Source of the DNA: Dipteris shenzhenensis
Taxonomy: Eukaryota
NCBI GenBank assembly: GCA_047967505.1
Contig: CM106538.1
Direction: 5' to 3' (one strand)
Length of the DNA stretch: 64,000 nt
Shown here piece after piece: positions 61,560 through 64,000 of this stretch. Within the stretch, counting starts at the first letter, position 1. Each line of letters begins with the position of its first letter. The notes under the pieces were generated by a model that saw only the letters and a list, made by a program, of their open reading frames with translations, did no database searches and was not told the DNA's origin. The position numbers and the translations under genes were made by a program.

Positions 61560-63430
61560 CATCACATGTAATACAAACTTCTATCCAAAAAAGAGAGAGT
61601 ATGATCTTTCCATCCGATTTGAATATTGTAGATTTTAAACTACTCTATTCCGATCAACAAGTCCACATGTTCCAAGTGCATAACATAGCACGTAAGAGTA
61701 TGTGTGTTGTCTTGAATCCGGATAGAAAGTTCGTCGACCTTGCAATCCCAAAACTACTTCCCAGCTCGAAGCTGCATCTCGTAGGTGTGATCGCTAGGTG
61801 TTGTGGACAGCCCCATCTTTTGCACAAGTTTGTAGTTCACAAAATTGTGAGAGCTGCCTGGGTAAAGAGAATGTGAACGCATTGGTCCCTCACTTTGCCA
61901 TGAGCTCGGAAAAGGTCATGGGTAGGAGGTTTAGCAGGCCTCTGTCTAGTGTCTCCATCTAGTTACATAGGATCCATAGCTTTGTATAGGGGTTGAGCAA
62001 TCTTGGCATAGCAATAAATCTACAATAATAGCCTGTATGATCAATAAATATATGTACATTGTTTGCATTTATAGGGGACGGTGGCTTCAGGATGAGCTTG
62101 ATCTTGTTGTAATCCCTAGAAATCTTGTTCTTGGATACAACATGACCTAATATTACCTCGTGCTTAACCCAAAATTGACACTTAAGAGGATTCAAGGAAA
62201 TCCTGTAGACATGGCACCTCTTAAAGACTACTCTAAGGTATTTGAGGTGGTCCCATGTGGAATGCATGCATACGTCATCCAAGAACACCTCTAGGAAGTC
62301 TCTCAAATACTCCTCAAAGGATGTGATCATCGAGAAGATTTGGAATGTGGTGGGAGCAAAGAGCATCACCTTGGAAGAGTAGACTCCCCATTCCATGGTG
62401 AATGATGTCTTATGATGATGTGCTGGAGCTATGGTTACTTGGTTGTGCCTAGAGAATCTGTCAAGAAAGATGTAGGCTTCTTTTCTTGTGACTCTCCACA
62501 ACTAACGAATTATTAAAAGTGTAATTTCATGAAACTAGGCAAGCAATAACATTTACAAAAACACCTGTCATTGCTGCTTGATTAGCTCCCTTAGCTTTGG
62601 TTCCTTGGCTTGCATGGAGCTTTGGTCCCGGCGCTTGCATCTGGTTCTTGCGCATAGGACAAGCGTTCCGTGTGTGGTCCCGCTCCTCACAAATAAAACA
62701 TCGTCCTTCTTTCTTTAACTTGAGGGTGTGTAAGAAATGGACTCTACCATTCTTTGTCTGAGTCAAGTTCTTCTTGGAGGCATTGTCAACTGACTTCGAC
62801 TCCCCTGTACCAGTTGGTGACTGGAAAAAGAACTTCCTCTTGTTCTTCCCACTCGTGTCGGCAAGAGTGGCTCCCTTTGCGCTGGCCATGATATCATCAT
62901 AGATGCGCTCATAGTTCATGGCCTCTTGCAAAGTGGTACATTTGTTGTTCTTGCTCTGAAGTTTATACGAATCAGGCAAGCCATCCACAAAGAAGCCCAA
63001 TAAAGTGACAGGGTCCATATTTGTAGCTCTCATTTGCAAATCACGAAACTTCTGAAGATAAACTTTAAAAGTCAAATTCTATTTGGACATATCGAGGCCT
63101 TAAGCTTGCCTACGATGTCATAATCCTCCTCTTTCTTCAAAAATTATTTCTTGAAGACCTCTTCAAATTCTAAACAGGTGGAGGGCTTTGGCCGCAGTTC
63201 CTTCCTCCAAAGTAATGCTTTTCTACATAAATACCCTGCTGCAAGTTGCATCTTCTTTTCACGAGGATAGGGGTGAAATGGAAGTGTACTTGCCACTTGT
63301 GTAACCAAGTGTCGACCACTTCCTTGGTCTTGGACTCTTGATCTCTGGGATAGGGATCTAGTGTAATATTCGGACCCAACACTGAAGCTAAAGCATCAAC
63401 ATGTGTAAGTGCTTGGACAATGCTGGTCAA
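61560..63430 (-). mobile_element. Patchwork of Ty3/gypsy fragments: gag with zinc knuckle (62527-63430), RT (61959-62501), protease (about 61560-61900)
   Basis: CFICEERDHTRNACP; FLDRFSRHNQV...EVFLDDV...LNPLKCQF; PGSSHNFVNYKLVQKMG. Domain order is non-canonical, so several elements are involved. Confidence 0.8.
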
Positions 63431-64000
63431 GAGCGTGATAGAAGTCTGAATCCCGTGTCAACCCCCTATGATTCGTATTAACCAGTTCAAACTTTGCGTC
63501 AAGACCAGATGTGAATTCACTGAAAGCAGTCTTTGTAACTAGGTCGTCATAAAGACCCTAGTCGTCCCCTCCTTGGTAATCCATGCCATGATCACCTTTT
63601 CAAAGCCTAGGTTTCGTCGAATCAGCCATGAGTGAATCGTGGCAAAGAGAGCACTGAAAACTGAATTCGGAGGAGAAAAGTCTAGGAAAGAGGAAGCAAT
63701 AGATGGATTCGAGAGTAGGAGTGAGCAGCAAACGAGGGACTGCCACGGGAATAAGAGAAGGGGGGAAAAACGGCAAGGCTAGATGGAGAAGGGACGGCTG
63801 ATCCGAACTGTCAAACAGTAGCAAACCAGCCCTGGCTGACGTGATTCGGTAGAGAAGGCGGTTGAGGAGAATATTTGGCCCGCAATTCTTCGGGCTGGTG
63901 GAGGGAAGGGATCTGCTATGTCATAGGCTAGGTGAACCCTGGCTTTTAGAAAGCCAAGCTTTTGAGAAAAGCCCATCCGCCTAACTTGGAAGGCCTTGTG

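Overview
Land-plant nuclear DNA made almost entirely of nested, decayed retroelements. The TE mix suggests a large non-seed-plant genome such as a fern, but that is inference. Two short, phase-compatible + strand exons (32643-32745 and 53658-53786) splice to CWGKPWELMQPTTQVDGKLLVHHKASDRRWWRAQ|AVRYFMRFHSEYMCSLLNLARHNAFGIKAAKMVLEFLPSAWPK. From memory this resembles the conserved plant At3g26950-like (alpha-1,6-fucosyltransferase/GT23-like) family, so the whole window is probably giant introns of one host gene. The TEs are: many RTE-X-like LINE copies (one near full length at 45445-50435), L1-clade fragments, two large Ty1/copia elements plus scrambled fragments, Ty3/gypsy remnants, and a Gag-only LTR element. 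The most interesting signal is three mutually diverged non-autonomous retroposons (about 1138-2993, 51400-52215, 59184-60349). They encode only a LINE ORF1-like protein, carry a conserved 5' hairpin, and end in the same covarying 3' stem-loop plus (TTTC)n tail as the local RTE-X-like LINEs. This looks like an ORF1-only parasite/helper system, analogous to mammalian HAL1. Clade and family names come from motif recognition, not database searches.
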